Under the pieces are notes generated by a model. It saw only the letters and a program-made list of their open reading frames with translations, did no database searches and was not told the DNA's origin. Of a DNA stretch of 64,000 nt, positions 40,111 to 49,432 are shown one piece after another (within the stretch, counting starts at the first letter, position 1; every line of letters begins with the position of its first letter). The DNA is from Gemmatimonadota bacterium (GTDB lineage: Bacteria > Gemmatimonadota > Gemmatimonadetes > Gemmatimonadales > Gemmatimonadaceae), in NCBI GenBank assembly GCA_040389905.1, contig JAZJZK010000009.1, positions 1-64,000 on the forward strand, written 5' to 3'. Made by a program: the position numbers and the translations under genes.

Positions 40111-40217
40111 GGCGCTGAATGACTTCGGCGCTGGTGGAGCAGGGGGTCAATCAATTGTTCACGGTGGAGGCTAGTCGAGAGTCTCGGCACCGGACCTGGA
40201 ATTCTGTACCCTCTTGT

Positions 40218-40834
40218 ACATACGTACGCCTGGACTCAGTACAAACACATACGTACGAAGTACCCGGAACCGTGTATCCGGACTGGCATCCACACCAAAA
40301 GGAGCCATCGACACATGCGCTGAAATGACTCGCAGCTGCAACAGAATGGTGACGCATTGACGGGGCGAGGCAGGCAATTTCGGTCATGCATGACTTCCGC
40401 AGACTTCGGGTTTGGCAGCTCTCCCGCGAACTTGCAGCGGAGCTCGGCAAGGTTGTCCAGACCTTCCCGCGCTCGGACCGTGGCGTCATCGCGAATCAAC
40501 TGCGCCGATCGGCCCTTTCAGTACCTGCGAACATTTCGGAGGGCTGCGGTGACGATTCGCGTGCAGAGACGCTACGCTTCCTGCGCATGGCCGTGCGATC
40601 CGCTACGGAAACGGAAAACCACCTCGTTGCCGCCGCCGACGCGGGTTTCCTCCGCCGGGAGGTATCCGATCGGTTCATCGAGAGGACCGTCTCCATTCAA
40701 AAGATGCTGCGAGCCCTGATCCAGAATCTCCCGAAATAGTTGGATCGACGGCTCCTCTTGGGTCGGATGCCAGTCCGGGTACCTGGTTCCAGGTACCTCG
40801 TACGTCTGTGGTTGTACGAAATACCGAAGTACGT
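40218..40834. repeat. ~90-bp imperfect inverted repeats (40218-40311 and 40745-40834) enclosing the four-helix-bundle gene
   Basis: ACATACGTACGAAGTACCCGGAACCGTGTATCCGGACTGGCATCC matches the reverse complement of the right arm at 39/45 by hand count, and complementarity continues inwards (GGAGCCATCGA) and outwards (GTACAAACAC). Confidence 0.85.
40386..40739 (+). CDS. Four helix bundle protein (23S rRNA IVP / Avd-like family)
   Basis: DFRRLRVWQ...FP...QLRRSALSVPANISEG...RFLRMAVRSATETE signature. Confidence 0.93.
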   Translation: MHDFRRLRVWQLSRELAAELGKVVQTFPRSDRGVIANQLRRSALSVPANISEGCGDDSRAETLRFLRMAVRSATETENHLVAAADAGFLRREVSDRFIERTVSIQKMLRALIQNLPK

Positions 40835-41016
40835 CAGTTCAGCCCTGCCCCCGCCAGATTCGCCCCTGAGCCCCCCGCGCGCTACCTTATAGCCACTATC
40901 ACGAAGATTCCGAAAACCGTCACACCCGGGAGTTCTTGACACCCCCGCCACCCGCGGCGAGTTTCACGCTCTGGCCTTTAGTTCGCCCGTAACCCAAGAA
41001 CCGACAACATCAGTTT

Positions 41017-42843
41017 ATGGCCGCTCCGGTCGCCTCCAGCGAACGCCTTGGCGATCTCCTCGTCCGCGAGGGGCTCATCACGCGCGAGCAACTGGAAAAG
41101 GCCCTCCAGGAGCAGCGCCAGAGCGGCACCCGCGTCGGCTATAATCTCGTCAAGCTCGGCTTCATCCCTGAAACCGAGCTCACCAAGATGCTCGCGCGGC
41201 AGTACAAGATGCCCGCCGTCGATCTCTCCAAGTTCGAGGTCGACCCCCGAATCGCCAAGCTCATCCCCGGCGACCTCGCGATCAAGCATCTCGTTCTGCC
41301 ACTCAAGCGCGACGGCCGCACGCTCACCGTCGCCATGGCCGACCCGACGAACCTCGGCGTCCTCGACGACCTGAAGTTCATCACGCGCTACGACATCTTC
41401 CCCGTCATCGGCGGCGAGTTCACGCTCAAGAGCGCCATCGAGAAGCTGTACGAAAACACCGCCGACTCCCAGGTCAACGATCTCCTCAGTGTGATCGACG
41501 ACATGGAGAACGACGTCGAAGTCGTCGAGGAGAAGGAGGAGGATCAGGCCGCTGCGCAGCTCAGCGCGCAGATGGAAGATGCGCCGGTCGTGAAGCTGAT
41601 CAACGCCATCCTCACCGACGCCGTGAAGAAAGGCGCGTCGGATATTCATTTCGAGTGCTTCGAGCACGACATCCGCGTGCGCTACCGCATCGACGGTGCG
41701 CTCATGGAAGTGATGAAGCCGCCCATGAAGCTCAAGGCGGCCCTCATCTCGCGCTTCAAGATCATGTCGCAGCTGAACATCGCCGAGCGACGCGTGCCGC
41801 AGGACGGGCGTATCAAGCTGAAGATGGGCAAGAAAGTCATCGACTACCGCGTGTCGACGCTGCCCACGCTCTTCGGCGAAAAGATCGTGCTCCGAATTCT
41901 CGACAAGGGCAACCTGACGCTCGACCTCGAGAAGTTCGGCATCGAGCCCAAGGCCGAGAAGGACTTGATGGAAGCGGTGTCGAATCCCTACGGCATGGTG
42001 CTCGTCACGGGCCCCACGGGATCAGGCAAGACGACGACGCTCTACTCGGCGCTCTCGAAGGTCAATAACATCGACGTCAACATCATGACCGCCGAAGATC
42101 CCGTGGAGTACAATCTCTACGGGGTCAATCAGGTGCTGGTGCGCACGGAAATCGGCATGACGTTCGCTGCGGCGCTCAAGGCGTTCCTGCGACAGGATCC
42201 GAACATCATCATGGTCGGCGAGATCCGCGACCTCGAAACCGGCGGTATCGCCATCAAGGCGGCACTCACCGGCCACATGGTGCTTTCCACCCTGCACACC
42301 AACTCGGCGCCGGAGACCGTCACCCGCCTCATGGACATGGGTCTCGAGCCATTCAACGTGGCGTCGGCGCTCAACCTGGTGCTCGCGCAACGACTGCTGC
42401 GCCGCATCTGCGGCAACTGCAAAATCCAGTATACGCCAAGCGCCGAGGAGTTCGACGTCGCGAAGGTGAAGTCGGACACGACCTTCCGTACGCTTCGCTT
42501 CAAGCAGGAAACCATCGACAACGCCAAGGTGAAGGCCAGCCCCGAGGCGATGCCGCTCCTTCAGAATGTGACACTCGACACACCGGTCATGCAGTTGCCC
42601 TTCTTCAAGGGAAAAGGCTGTGACAAGTGTGGTGGCAGCGGCATGAAGGGCCGCCAGGGTGTCTACGAGGTGATGCCGATGAGTCCGAACCTCCGGAAGC
42701 TCATTCTTCAGAATGTCGGCGCAGCCGAAATCCGTGATGCGGCCGTGGATGAAGGAATGCTCACGCTGCGTATGGACGGCTGGGTCAAGGTCATGAAAGG
42801 CATCACGACGCTCGAACAGGTTGTTCGCGAGACCTCGGCATAG
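41017..42843 (+). CDS. pilB: Type IV-A pilus assembly ATPase PilB
   Basis: MshEN-like RLGDLLV N-terminus, ASDIHFE, GPTGSGKTT, LRQDPNIIMVGEIRD, CxxC zinc motifs. Confidence 0.96.
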   Translation: MAAPVASSERLGDLLVREGLITREQLEKALQEQRQSGTRVGYNLVKLGFIPETELTKMLARQYKMPAVDLSKFEVDPRIAKLIPGDLAIKHLVLPLKRDGRTLTVAMADPTNLGVLDDLKFITRYDIFPVIGGEFTLKSAIEKLYENTADSQVNDLLSVIDDMENDVEVVEEKEEDQAAAQLSAQMEDAPVVKLINAILTDAVKKGASDIHFECFEHDIRVRYRIDGALMEVMKPPMKLKAALISRFKIMSQLNIAERRVPQDGRIKLKMGKKVIDYRVSTLPTLFGEKIVLRILDKGNLTLDLEKFGIEPKAEKDLMEAVSNPYGMVLVTGPTGSGKTTTLYSALSKVNNIDVNIMTAEDPVEYNLYGVNQVLVRTEIGMTFAAALKAFLRQDPNIIMVGEIRDLETGGIAIKAALTGHMVLSTLHTNSAPETVTRLMDMGLEPFNVASALNLVLAQRLLRRICGNCKIQYTPSAEEFDVAKVKSDTTFRTLRFKQETIDNAKVKASPEAMPLLQNVTLDTPVMQLPFFKGKGCDKCGGSGMKGRQGVYEVMPMSPNLRKLILQNVGAAEIRDAAVDEGMLTLRMDGWVKVMKGITTLEQVVRETSA

Positions 42844-42906
42844 CGCGGTCTTGTTCCCCTCCATAGCCTTGAATCGTCAACTCTTCGGCGGGCGACGTTG
42901 CCCTCG

Positions 42907-42947
42907 TGTCATCCCGAGCGAGCGAAGCGAGTCGAGGGATCTGCACC
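42907..42947 (+). repeat. REP-like repeat, single arm
   Basis: TGTCATCCCGAGCGAGCGAAGCGAGTCGAGGGATCTGCACC between pilB and pilT. Confidence 0.8.
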
Positions 42948-42970
42948 GGTAGTTACCTGTAGCCCAGACC

Positions 42971-44119
42971 ATGACCGCTCCCGCACAAGCCGCTGGCGTC
43001 AACCTCCGCGTCCTCCTCGAGGAAGTCATCGAGCGCAACGCGTCCGATCTGCACATCACGGCCGGCGAACGCCCCAAGATGCGCATCGACGGTGAGATCG
43101 AGAATTCGAACATCGAGTACGTGATGACGCCGAAGGACACCCTTCAGCTCGCGTACAGCGTCCTTACCGAAAATCAGAAAAAGCGTTTCGAGATGGAGGA
43201 CGAGCTGGATTTCTCGTTCGGCATCCAGAACCTCGCGCGCTTTCGCGGCAACTGCTTCAAGCAGCGCGGTTGCGTGAGCATGGTCATTCGGCAGATTCCG
43301 TTCAACATCAAGACCTTCGACGAGCTCAAGCTGCCGGATGTCATCCGCAAGATGGCGGAGAAGCCGCGCGGCCTGATCCTGGTCACCGGTCCCACCGGCT
43401 CCGGCAAGAGCACGACGCTCGCCGCCATGATCGACAAGATCAACAAGGACCGGCGCGGCCACATCATCACCGTCGAAGACCCCATCGAGTTCATTCATCG
43501 CCACCAGGGCTGCATCGTCAACCAGCGCGAGGTGGGCACGGATACGAAGAGCTTCCAGGCATCGCTCAAGTACGCGTTGCGACAGGATCCGGACGTCATC
43601 CTCATCGGTGAGATGCGCGACCTGGATACCATCCAGGCGGCGCTGACCATTTCCGAAACGGGACACCTTGCCTTCGCCACGTTGCACACGAACAGCGCGG
43701 CCGAGGCGATCAACCGTATCATCGACGTGTTTCCGAGTCACCAGCAGAGTCAGGTCCGCGCACAACTCGCATTCGTGCTCGAGGGCATCGTTACGCAGAC
43801 GCTGCTGCCCAAGGCCAAGGGCCGCGGTCGCGCCATGGCCGCGGAAATCCTCGTCGTCACACCCGCCGTGCGCGCACTCATCCGCGACGACAAGATTCAC
43901 CAGATCTACAGCACCATGCAGTCCGGAAAGAAATTCGGCATGCAGACCATGAACGATGCCTTGTATAATCTGTACATGAACCGCGAAGTCGCGCTGGAAG
44001 ATTGCCTGCGCAGCTCGCACGATCAAACCGAGTTCCTCCGCATGATCGGTCAGTCGCCGGAGGACGAGGCGAAGAAGCCCGGTGGTCCGCCTGCGATGGC
44101 CGGAGGAATGAAGCGTTAG
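42971..44119 (+). CDS. pilT: Type IV pilus retraction ATPase PilT
   Basis: ASDLHI, GPTGSGKSTT, EDPIEF, LRQDPDVILIGEMRD, AVRALIRD, GMQTM. Confidence 0.96.
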   Translation: MTAPAQAAGVNLRVLLEEVIERNASDLHITAGERPKMRIDGEIENSNIEYVMTPKDTLQLAYSVLTENQKKRFEMEDELDFSFGIQNLARFRGNCFKQRGCVSMVIRQIPFNIKTFDELKLPDVIRKMAEKPRGLILVTGPTGSGKSTTLAAMIDKINKDRRGHIITVEDPIEFIHRHQGCIVNQREVGTDTKSFQASLKYALRQDPDVILIGEMRDLDTIQAALTISETGHLAFATLHTNSAAEAINRIIDVFPSHQQSQVRAQLAFVLEGIVTQTLLPKAKGRGRAMAAEILVVTPAVRALIRDDKIHQIYSTMQSGKKFGMQTMNDALYNLYMNREVALEDCLRSSHDQTEFLRMIGQSPEDEAKKPGGPPAMAGGMKR

Positions 44120-44141
44120 TTGTCATCCGTGAAGGGAACCG

Positions 44142-45344
44142 ATGCCTAGTTTTACCTATACTGCCCGCGCCCTCAACGGCGACCTTCGTACGGCGACGAT
44201 CGACGCGCCGAACCGCGATGAAGTCGTCAACCAGCTCAAGCGGCAGCGACTGAACGTCGTCAAGATCGACGAAACGAAGGTCGCGCAGAAGAAGAAGTCC
44301 GGCGGCAAGATCTCGATGCGCGACATCGTGATCTTCACCCGCCAGTTCTCCACGATGATCAACGCCGGCCTGCCGCTCGTGCAGGCACTCGACATCCTGA
44401 GCAAGCAGAGCGAAAACCCTGCGCTCAAGGATGTCACCATCGCCGTGGTGTTCGACGTGGAATCGGGGCACACCGTCGCCGACGCGCTGGCCAAGCACCC
44501 CAAGGCCTTCGGTGAACTGTACGTCAACATGGTGGCCGCCGGTGAGGCGGGCGGTATTCTCGACACCATCCTGATGCGCTTGGCGACGTTCATGGAAAAG
44601 AACGACGCCCTCGTCCGGAAAGTGAAGGGCGCCATGATCTATCCGGGCGTCATCTCCGCCGTGGCCGGCATCGCCATCAGCGTGCTGCTCATCTTCGTCA
44701 TTCCGGTGTTCGAGAAGATGTTTGCGAGCGTCGGCCTGCCCCTCCCGTTGCCGACGCGCGTCGTCATCGCGATGTCGAACTTCCTGCGCGGCATCGGTGG
44801 CGTGGTCACGGTGGCCGCGATTGTTGGCGCCGGCTACATGCTCAAGAACTACTACAAGACGTCGAACGGCAAGCTCCAGATCGACAAATTGATGCTCAAG
44901 GCGCCGGTCCTCGGCGACGTGTTGCGCAAGTCCGCCGTGTCACGCTTCACGCGAACGCTGGGCACGCTGATTGGCTCGGGTGTGTCGATTCTCGACGGCC
45001 TCGAGATCACGGCGAAGACCGCAGGTAACCGCGTGATTTCCGACGCGATCATGGAATCACGGACGTCGATCGCCGGCGGTGAAACGATTGCTGCACCGCT
45101 CCAGAAATCGGCCGTGTTTCCGCCCATGGTGATCTCCATGATCGCCGTCGGCGAACAAACCGGTGGTCTCGACGAAATGTTGTCCAAGATCGCCGACTTC
45201 TACGATGAAGAGGTTGACGCAGCTGTCTCGGGTCTGTTGAGCCTCATGGAACCAGTCATGATCGTGTTCCTCGGCGTGGTCGTTGGCGGCATGGTCGTGG
45301 CCATGTACCTGCCGATCTTCGACATGATCAACGCGGTGCAGTAG
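44142..45344 (+). CDS. pilC: Type IV pilus platform protein PilC (GspF family)
   Basis: FTRQFSTMINAGLPL, AAGEAGGILD, VGEQTGGLD, AMYLPIF. Confidence 0.96.
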   Translation: MPSFTYTARALNGDLRTATIDAPNRDEVVNQLKRQRLNVVKIDETKVAQKKKSGGKISMRDIVIFTRQFSTMINAGLPLVQALDILSKQSENPALKDVTIAVVFDVESGHTVADALAKHPKAFGELYVNMVAAGEAGGILDTILMRLATFMEKNDALVRKVKGAMIYPGVISAVAGIAISVLLIFVIPVFEKMFASVGLPLPLPTRVVIAMSNFLRGIGGVVTVAAIVGAGYMLKNYYKTSNGKLQIDKLMLKAPVLGDVLRKSAVSRFTRTLGTLIGSGVSILDGLEITAKTAGNRVISDAIMESRTSIAGGETIAAPLQKSAVFPPMVISMIAVGEQTGGLDEMLSKIADFYDEEVDAAVSGLLSLMEPVMIVFLGVVVGGMVVAMYLPIFDMINAVQ

Positions 45345-45354
45345 TCGCCAGATC

Positions 45355-45618
45355 GTGCGCCGTTCCGTCTTCACCACTCGTGTTGTTCCCGACGCAGCCG
45401 AGGAACAGCGCGCCATGGCGGAATTGAGAGTGCTGGCATTCGAGCACGCAACCCCGGAAGAGGTGGCGCGAATGCTGGCACTCGAAGCACGCAATGCCCA
45501 GCTTCGCGCCGAATGCGAGGCACTCGATCGCCAGCAGCTGCGCCGTCGCAATCTCGCGTTCGTGACGGTCGTGCTTCTCTGTACGGTCGCGTTCCTGTTC
45601 GGCTGGATGCGAAAATAG
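45355..45618 (+). CDS. Small hypothetical membrane protein
   Basis: Coiled-coil followed by a C-terminal TM helix; fills the gap after pilC. Confidence 0.45.
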   Translation: MRRSVFTTRVVPDAAEEQRAMAELRVLAFEHATPEEVARMLALEARNAQLRAECEALDRQQLRRRNLAFVTVVLLCTVAFLFGWMRK

Positions 45619-45664
45619 AGGTCGTGGCACTGGCCCAGCAGGCTGTCGAAGAGGCGGTACATTT

Positions 45665-45772
45665 TGTCATCCCGCACGAGCGACCGCGAGTGTCGGGATC
45701 TTCTGTCCAAGCCGAGCCGCTCGCTTCGTGAACTGCGGACAGGCAGATCCCTCGAGTGCGCTCGGGATGACA
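45665..45772. repeat. REP/MITE-like element, two inverted arms
   Basis: TGTCATCCCG...GGGATCT ... AGATCCCTCGAGTGCGCTCGGGATGACA. Confidence 0.82.
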
Positions 45773-45796
45773 TCACCGGCGCTTGCCGGTCATTAA

Positions 45797-45828
45797 GTAT
45801 GGCCATACATTTCAGAGTATGGCCATAC
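45797..45828. promoter_or_regulatory. Tandem palindromic operator of the vapBC pair
   Basis: Perfect 12-bp palindrome GTATGGCCATAC at 45797-45808 and 45817-45828; the second copy covers the ATG. Confidence 0.7.
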
Positions 45829-46103
45829 CAAAGATCAAGGCGACCTACTCGCTTGACGAGGTGACCGCGAAGAAGCTCGGAGAAATCGCGCGGAGGTGGA
45901 ATACCTCCAAGTCCGGCGCGCTGTCACGGCTCATCGATCAGGGTGCGCAATCCATGTCAAACTCCGACGATGTGCAGCGCAAGCTCGACGCGTTGAAGCG
46001 TTTTCAGGAGGCAAATCGCCACATCACCCGCGAGCAATGGGACCAGTTCGAGCGGGAGCGGAAGGAGATGTGGCGCGAGCCACTCGGTGGGGAGCCCTGT
46101 TGA
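45819..46103 (+). CDS. Ribbon-helix-helix antitoxin (VapB-like)
   Basis: KATYSLDEVTAKKLGEIARRWNTSKSGALSRLI RHH pattern; TTGA overlap with the PIN gene. Confidence 0.8.
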   Translation: MAIPKIKATYSLDEVTAKKLGEIARRWNTSKSGALSRLIDQGAQSMSNSDDVQRKLDALKRFQEANRHITREQWDQFERERKEMWREPLGGEPC

Positions 46104-46471
46104 CGATCCATCTCGACACCAACTTCCTGGTCGCGCTCGCCAGCGACGATTCCCGCGCGACGGGCGCGGTAACTCAGTGGCTCCACGAGGATCGCGAGAT
46201 CCACGTCTCAGCGGTGGCCTGGGCCGGGTTCCTGTGTGGGCCAGTCACCGATATAGCCACGTTGCAGGCGCTGCTTCCTCCACCCGTGGCCTTCGAGGCA
46301 GACGATGCCGCAAAGGCAGCTGCGCTCTTCAATGCGACCGGACGGCGCTCGCGCTCCCTGCAGGATTGCATGATCGCCGCCGCTGCGATCCGCGCAAATG
46401 CGGAACTCGCAACGATGGACATGAAGGGTTTCCGCCGCTACGAGCAGTTCGGCCTGCGCATCGTCCGCTAG
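46100..46471 (+). CDS. vapC: PIN-domain toxin (VapC family)
   Basis: IHLDTNFL, SAVAW, SLQDCMIAAAA, LATMD. Confidence 0.85.
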   Translation: MTIHLDTNFLVALASDDSRATGAVTQWLHEDREIHVSAVAWAGFLCGPVTDIATLQALLPPPVAFEADDAAKAAALFNATGRRSRSLQDCMIAAAAIRANAELATMDMKGFRRYEQFGLRIVR

Positions 46472-46490
46472 TCGGCACGGCGGCGGCTGC

Positions 46491-46910
46491 ATGACGTACG
46501 AGGGGAGCAGCAGGCCGGCTACTACATCGAGCGGCACAAGGCGGTCGATGCGCGACAAAGTCGCCGCGCTGAAGGTCCCGCGTTTGCCGACCGCGTGGAC
46601 CACGAGTAACTTTGTTCGCTCCTGCGACCCACTGCCAGCGCAACGACTCTTGCCCATCGATCGCAGCAAACTCGCGCAACGCACCGTGCTCTGGACCATC
46701 ATCGGATTCTCGGTGAAGGGCACGGTGACCTTGGCGATCATGGCCTACTCAGCCTTCGTGGTGTGGAGCGGCGATAACGCCGAGAATGAGCTGTTTTCGC
46801 ACGCGTTGGCCCTCGTGGTGGTTACCGCCTTGATCGGCGCGCTTTGCATGACGCGCTACATCGCCCGTCGAAACGCAGCCGCCCGCACGCCCGAACGCTC
46901 GCGTCGCTGA
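46491..46910 (+). CDS. Hypothetical membrane protein
   Basis: Two hydrophobic segments; no recognised motif. Confidence 0.45.
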   Translation: MTYEGSSRPATTSSGTRRSMRDKVAALKVPRLPTAWTTSNFVRSCDPLPAQRLLPIDRSKLAQRTVLWTIIGFSVKGTVTLAIMAYSAFVVWSGDNAENELFSHALALVVVTALIGALCMTRYIARRNAAARTPERSRR

Positions 46911-46927
46911 CGCAAGTCGGCTGTTCG

Positions 46928-47323
46928 TTAAGTCGACCGCGCTTCCGGGTACACGCCCAGTAGCATATCGACCTCATCCGTCGCCTGGAGCTGGTGCGAT
47001 ACGCCAGGTGCAAGCGACAGGATCTGCCCGGAGTTGAGATCATGCTGCTCGGCTTCCGTGCGCACGGAGAGACGTCCAGCAAGCACATGAATCGTCACCC
47101 AGCCCGGCGCCGCATGCTCCTTCATGCTGCCTCCCGCATCGAACGCGAATAGCACCAGCCGGACCGGCCCTTGGTGCATGAGCGCGATCTGTCGATGCCC
47201 GTTGGCGCCTGGCCGGGCTTCCGCACGGAGCGCTCGAAGTGCCGCAGGGATATCGAGCAGATGCTCGGCGCCGGCGAAACGGTCGGATGGATGCGGACGT
47301 GGACGGTCTTCGATTGCTGGCAT
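46928..47323 (-). CDS. Cupin domain protein
   Basis: LVLFAFDAGGSMKEHAAPG.VTIHVLAG...LAPGVSHQL cupin motifs. Confidence 0.85.
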   Translation of the reverse strand: MPAIEDRPRPHPSDRFAGAEHLLDIPAALRALRAEARPGANGHRQIALMHQGPVRLVLFAFDAGGSMKEHAAPGWVTIHVLAGRLSVRTEAEQHDLNSGQILSLAPGVSHQLQATDEVDMLLGVYPEARST

Positions 47324-47523
47324 TCGCGCTCTCCGGCTTTGGTATGCGGTCGTGATTGCGGACTCGGCCGCCGTGAACCCACTGAGTGCTTCAAATAGTG
47401 GGCCTGTCAGCCTGGGGAAACTCCCCACACGGAGCGAGAACTGGCCCCGACTGCACCGCGACTCGAAAAGAAGGATTCTCATATCAGCATGAGAAACTCC
47501 TCAATCGCCGAGCAGAACCGACA

Positions 47524-48621
47524 ATGATACCCACGCCTCTTTCTTCAGTGCGAATCACGGCGAGCCGGCTGTCGGCGATCGCCGCTGCGCTACTCGCGCT
47601 CGCGAACATTGCCGCCTGCGGCGCGCCGGCGGACGCCGCCGAAAGCCGCATCGGCGTTCCGGTCCGCTCGGCGCCCAGTGCCATCGTGGGTCAGGAAACC
47701 GCGATCCTCACCGCTGCGCCCAACGTGCCGCCGCCGATTACCCGCACGAACCCGACCAAGGTCATCGTCAACCTCGACGTCGTCGAGAAGACCATGCGTC
47801 TCGCCGACAGTGTCGAGTACACCATGTGGACCTTCGGGGGCTCCGTCCCGGGCAGCTTCATCCGCGTCCGCGAGGGAGATCTCGTCGAGATGCACCTGCG
47901 GAACGCGTCGAACAGCACGATGCCCCACAATATCGACCTGCACGCGGTTACCGGTCCAGGCGGAGGCGCAAAGACATCGCTCGCCATGCCGGGCCAGGAG
48001 TCGGTCTTCAGCTTCACCGCGCTCAACCCGGGCCTCTACGTCTATCACTGCGCGACCTCGCCCGTGCCGATGCACATGGCGAATGGCATGTACGGCATGA
48101 TTCTCGTCGAGCCCAAGGCGGGACTCCCGAAGGTCGATCGCGAATTCTACGTGATGCAAAGCGAGTTCTATACGACGGGCAAGTTCGGCGCGCATGGCCT
48201 GCAGTCACTCGACATGGACAAGGGCGTCGACGAAAAGCCCACCTACGTCGTCTTCAACGGCAGCGTCGGCGCGCTGACGGGCGACAAGGCACTGAAAGCA
48301 AACGTCGGCGAACGCGTGAGAATCTTCTTCGGCGACGCAGGCCCGAACCTCACGAGTTCCTTTCACGTGATCGGCGAAGTATTCGACAACGTGTACGCCG
48401 AGGGCGGCACGACCGTGAGCCACAACGTGCAGACGACGCTCGTGCCGTCCGGTGGCGCGGTGATCGTGGAGTTCGGTGTCGAGAATCCTGGCGACCTGAT
48501 TCTGGTCGATCACTCGATCTTCCGCGCCTTCAACAAGGGAGCACTCGGCGTCCTCACCGTCACGGGCAACGGCGACAAGAAGATCTTCTCGGCGCTCAAG
48601 GGCCTTGGCATCGCCGAGTAG
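47524..48621 (+). CDS. nirK: Copper-containing nitrite reductase (AniA-like lipoprotein)
   Basis: [48 protein letters not shown] (type 1 and type 2 Cu ligands present); lipobox IAA-C. Confidence 0.95.
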   Translation: MIPTPLSSVRITASRLSAIAAALLALANIAACGAPADAAESRIGVPVRSAPSAIVGQETAILTAAPNVPPPITRTNPTKVIVNLDVVEKTMRLADSVEYTMWTFGGSVPGSFIRVREGDLVEMHLRNASNSTMPHNIDLHAVTGPGGGAKTSLAMPGQESVFSFTALNPGLYVYHCATSPVPMHMANGMYGMILVEPKAGLPKVDREFYVMQSEFYTTGKFGAHGLQSLDMDKGVDEKPTYVVFNGSVGALTGDKALKANVGERVRIFFGDAGPNLTSSFHVIGEVFDNVYAEGGTTVSHNVQTTLVPSGGAVIVEFGVENPGDLILVDHSIFRAFNKGALGVLTVTGNGDKKIFSALKGLGIAE

Positions 48622-48631
48622 GGGGAGAATC

Positions 48632-49432
48632 ATGCAGACGCACCTTCTCCTGCTCCTTGCGCTGTCCTCCACGCGCGCAGCCGCGACGAATGGCGCGGTC
48701 AGCGTGCGGAATAACCCGGCGAAGGTGCGGGCCATGGCGACCATCCCCGCCGGCAATTATCGCCCGCTCTTCACGTCCGCCGGGCGAGAGCGGGTGCGCA
48801 TTGCGGCATTCCGCCTCGACCGAGTCCAGGTCACGCGAGGCGACTTTGCGGACTTCGTCGCGACGCACCCGCAGTGGAGACGGAGCGACGTTCCCGCTGC
48901 GCAGGCCGATGCGGGCTATCTCTCCGACTGGAGCGCGTCAGGCAGCCCAGGCACTACGTCCGAACGTGCGCGCCCGGTTTCCTCGGTCTCGTGGTTCGCG
49001 GCACGCGCCTATTGCGAGGCGCAGGGGAAGCGACTTCCGACGGTCGACGAGTGGGAGTACGTCGCGGCGGCGGACGAGACTCGGCGCGATGCCAGCGACG
49101 ACCCCGTCGTGCGAAACCGCATTCTTGCGCTTACCGCGGCGCGGGGAGGGAAGCCGCCCGTTGCCGGTCGGGGCGCACCGAATGTCTATGGCGTGCGCGA
49201 TTTGCACGGTGTGGTCTGGGAGTGGACGCAGGAATACAACGGGATCGTCCAGCACGCGTCCCACGGAGCCGCGGGAATGCCACTCGCGCACGATCTGTAC
49301 TGCGCCGGCGGAGCGATTGGCGCGTCTGATCCTTCGAACTATCCGGCTTTCGCACGCTTCTCGGTCCGCGGGGGGCTCACACGACGCTCCACGTCGAAGA
49401 GCGTTGGATTCCGTTGCGCGGCGAAGGCCTAG
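48632..49432 (+). CDS. Formylglycine-generating-enzyme family protein (NirV-like)
   Basis: PVSSVSWFAARAYC..GKRLPTVDEWEY, PNVYGVRDLHGVVWEW, VGFRCA; directly after nirK. Confidence 0.88.
   Translation: MQTHLLLLLALSSTRAAATNGAVSVRNNPAKVRAMATIPAGNYRPLFTSAGRERVRIAAFRLDRVQVTRGDFADFVATHPQWRRSDVPAAQADAGYLSDWSASGSPGTTSERARPVSSVSWFAARAYCEAQGKRLPTVDEWEYVAAADETRRDASDDPVVRNRILALTAARGGKPPVAGRGAPNVYGVRDLHGVVWEWTQEYNGIVQHASHGAAGMPLAHDLYCAGGAIGASDPSNYPAFARFSVRGGLTRRSTSKSVGFRCAAKA

Noticed and set aside
40218..40834. Possible DGR or 23S rRNA intervening sequence because of the Avd/IVP-like gene
   Set aside because: No reverse transcriptase, no TR/VR pair with adenine-specific differences, and no rRNA sequence in the window
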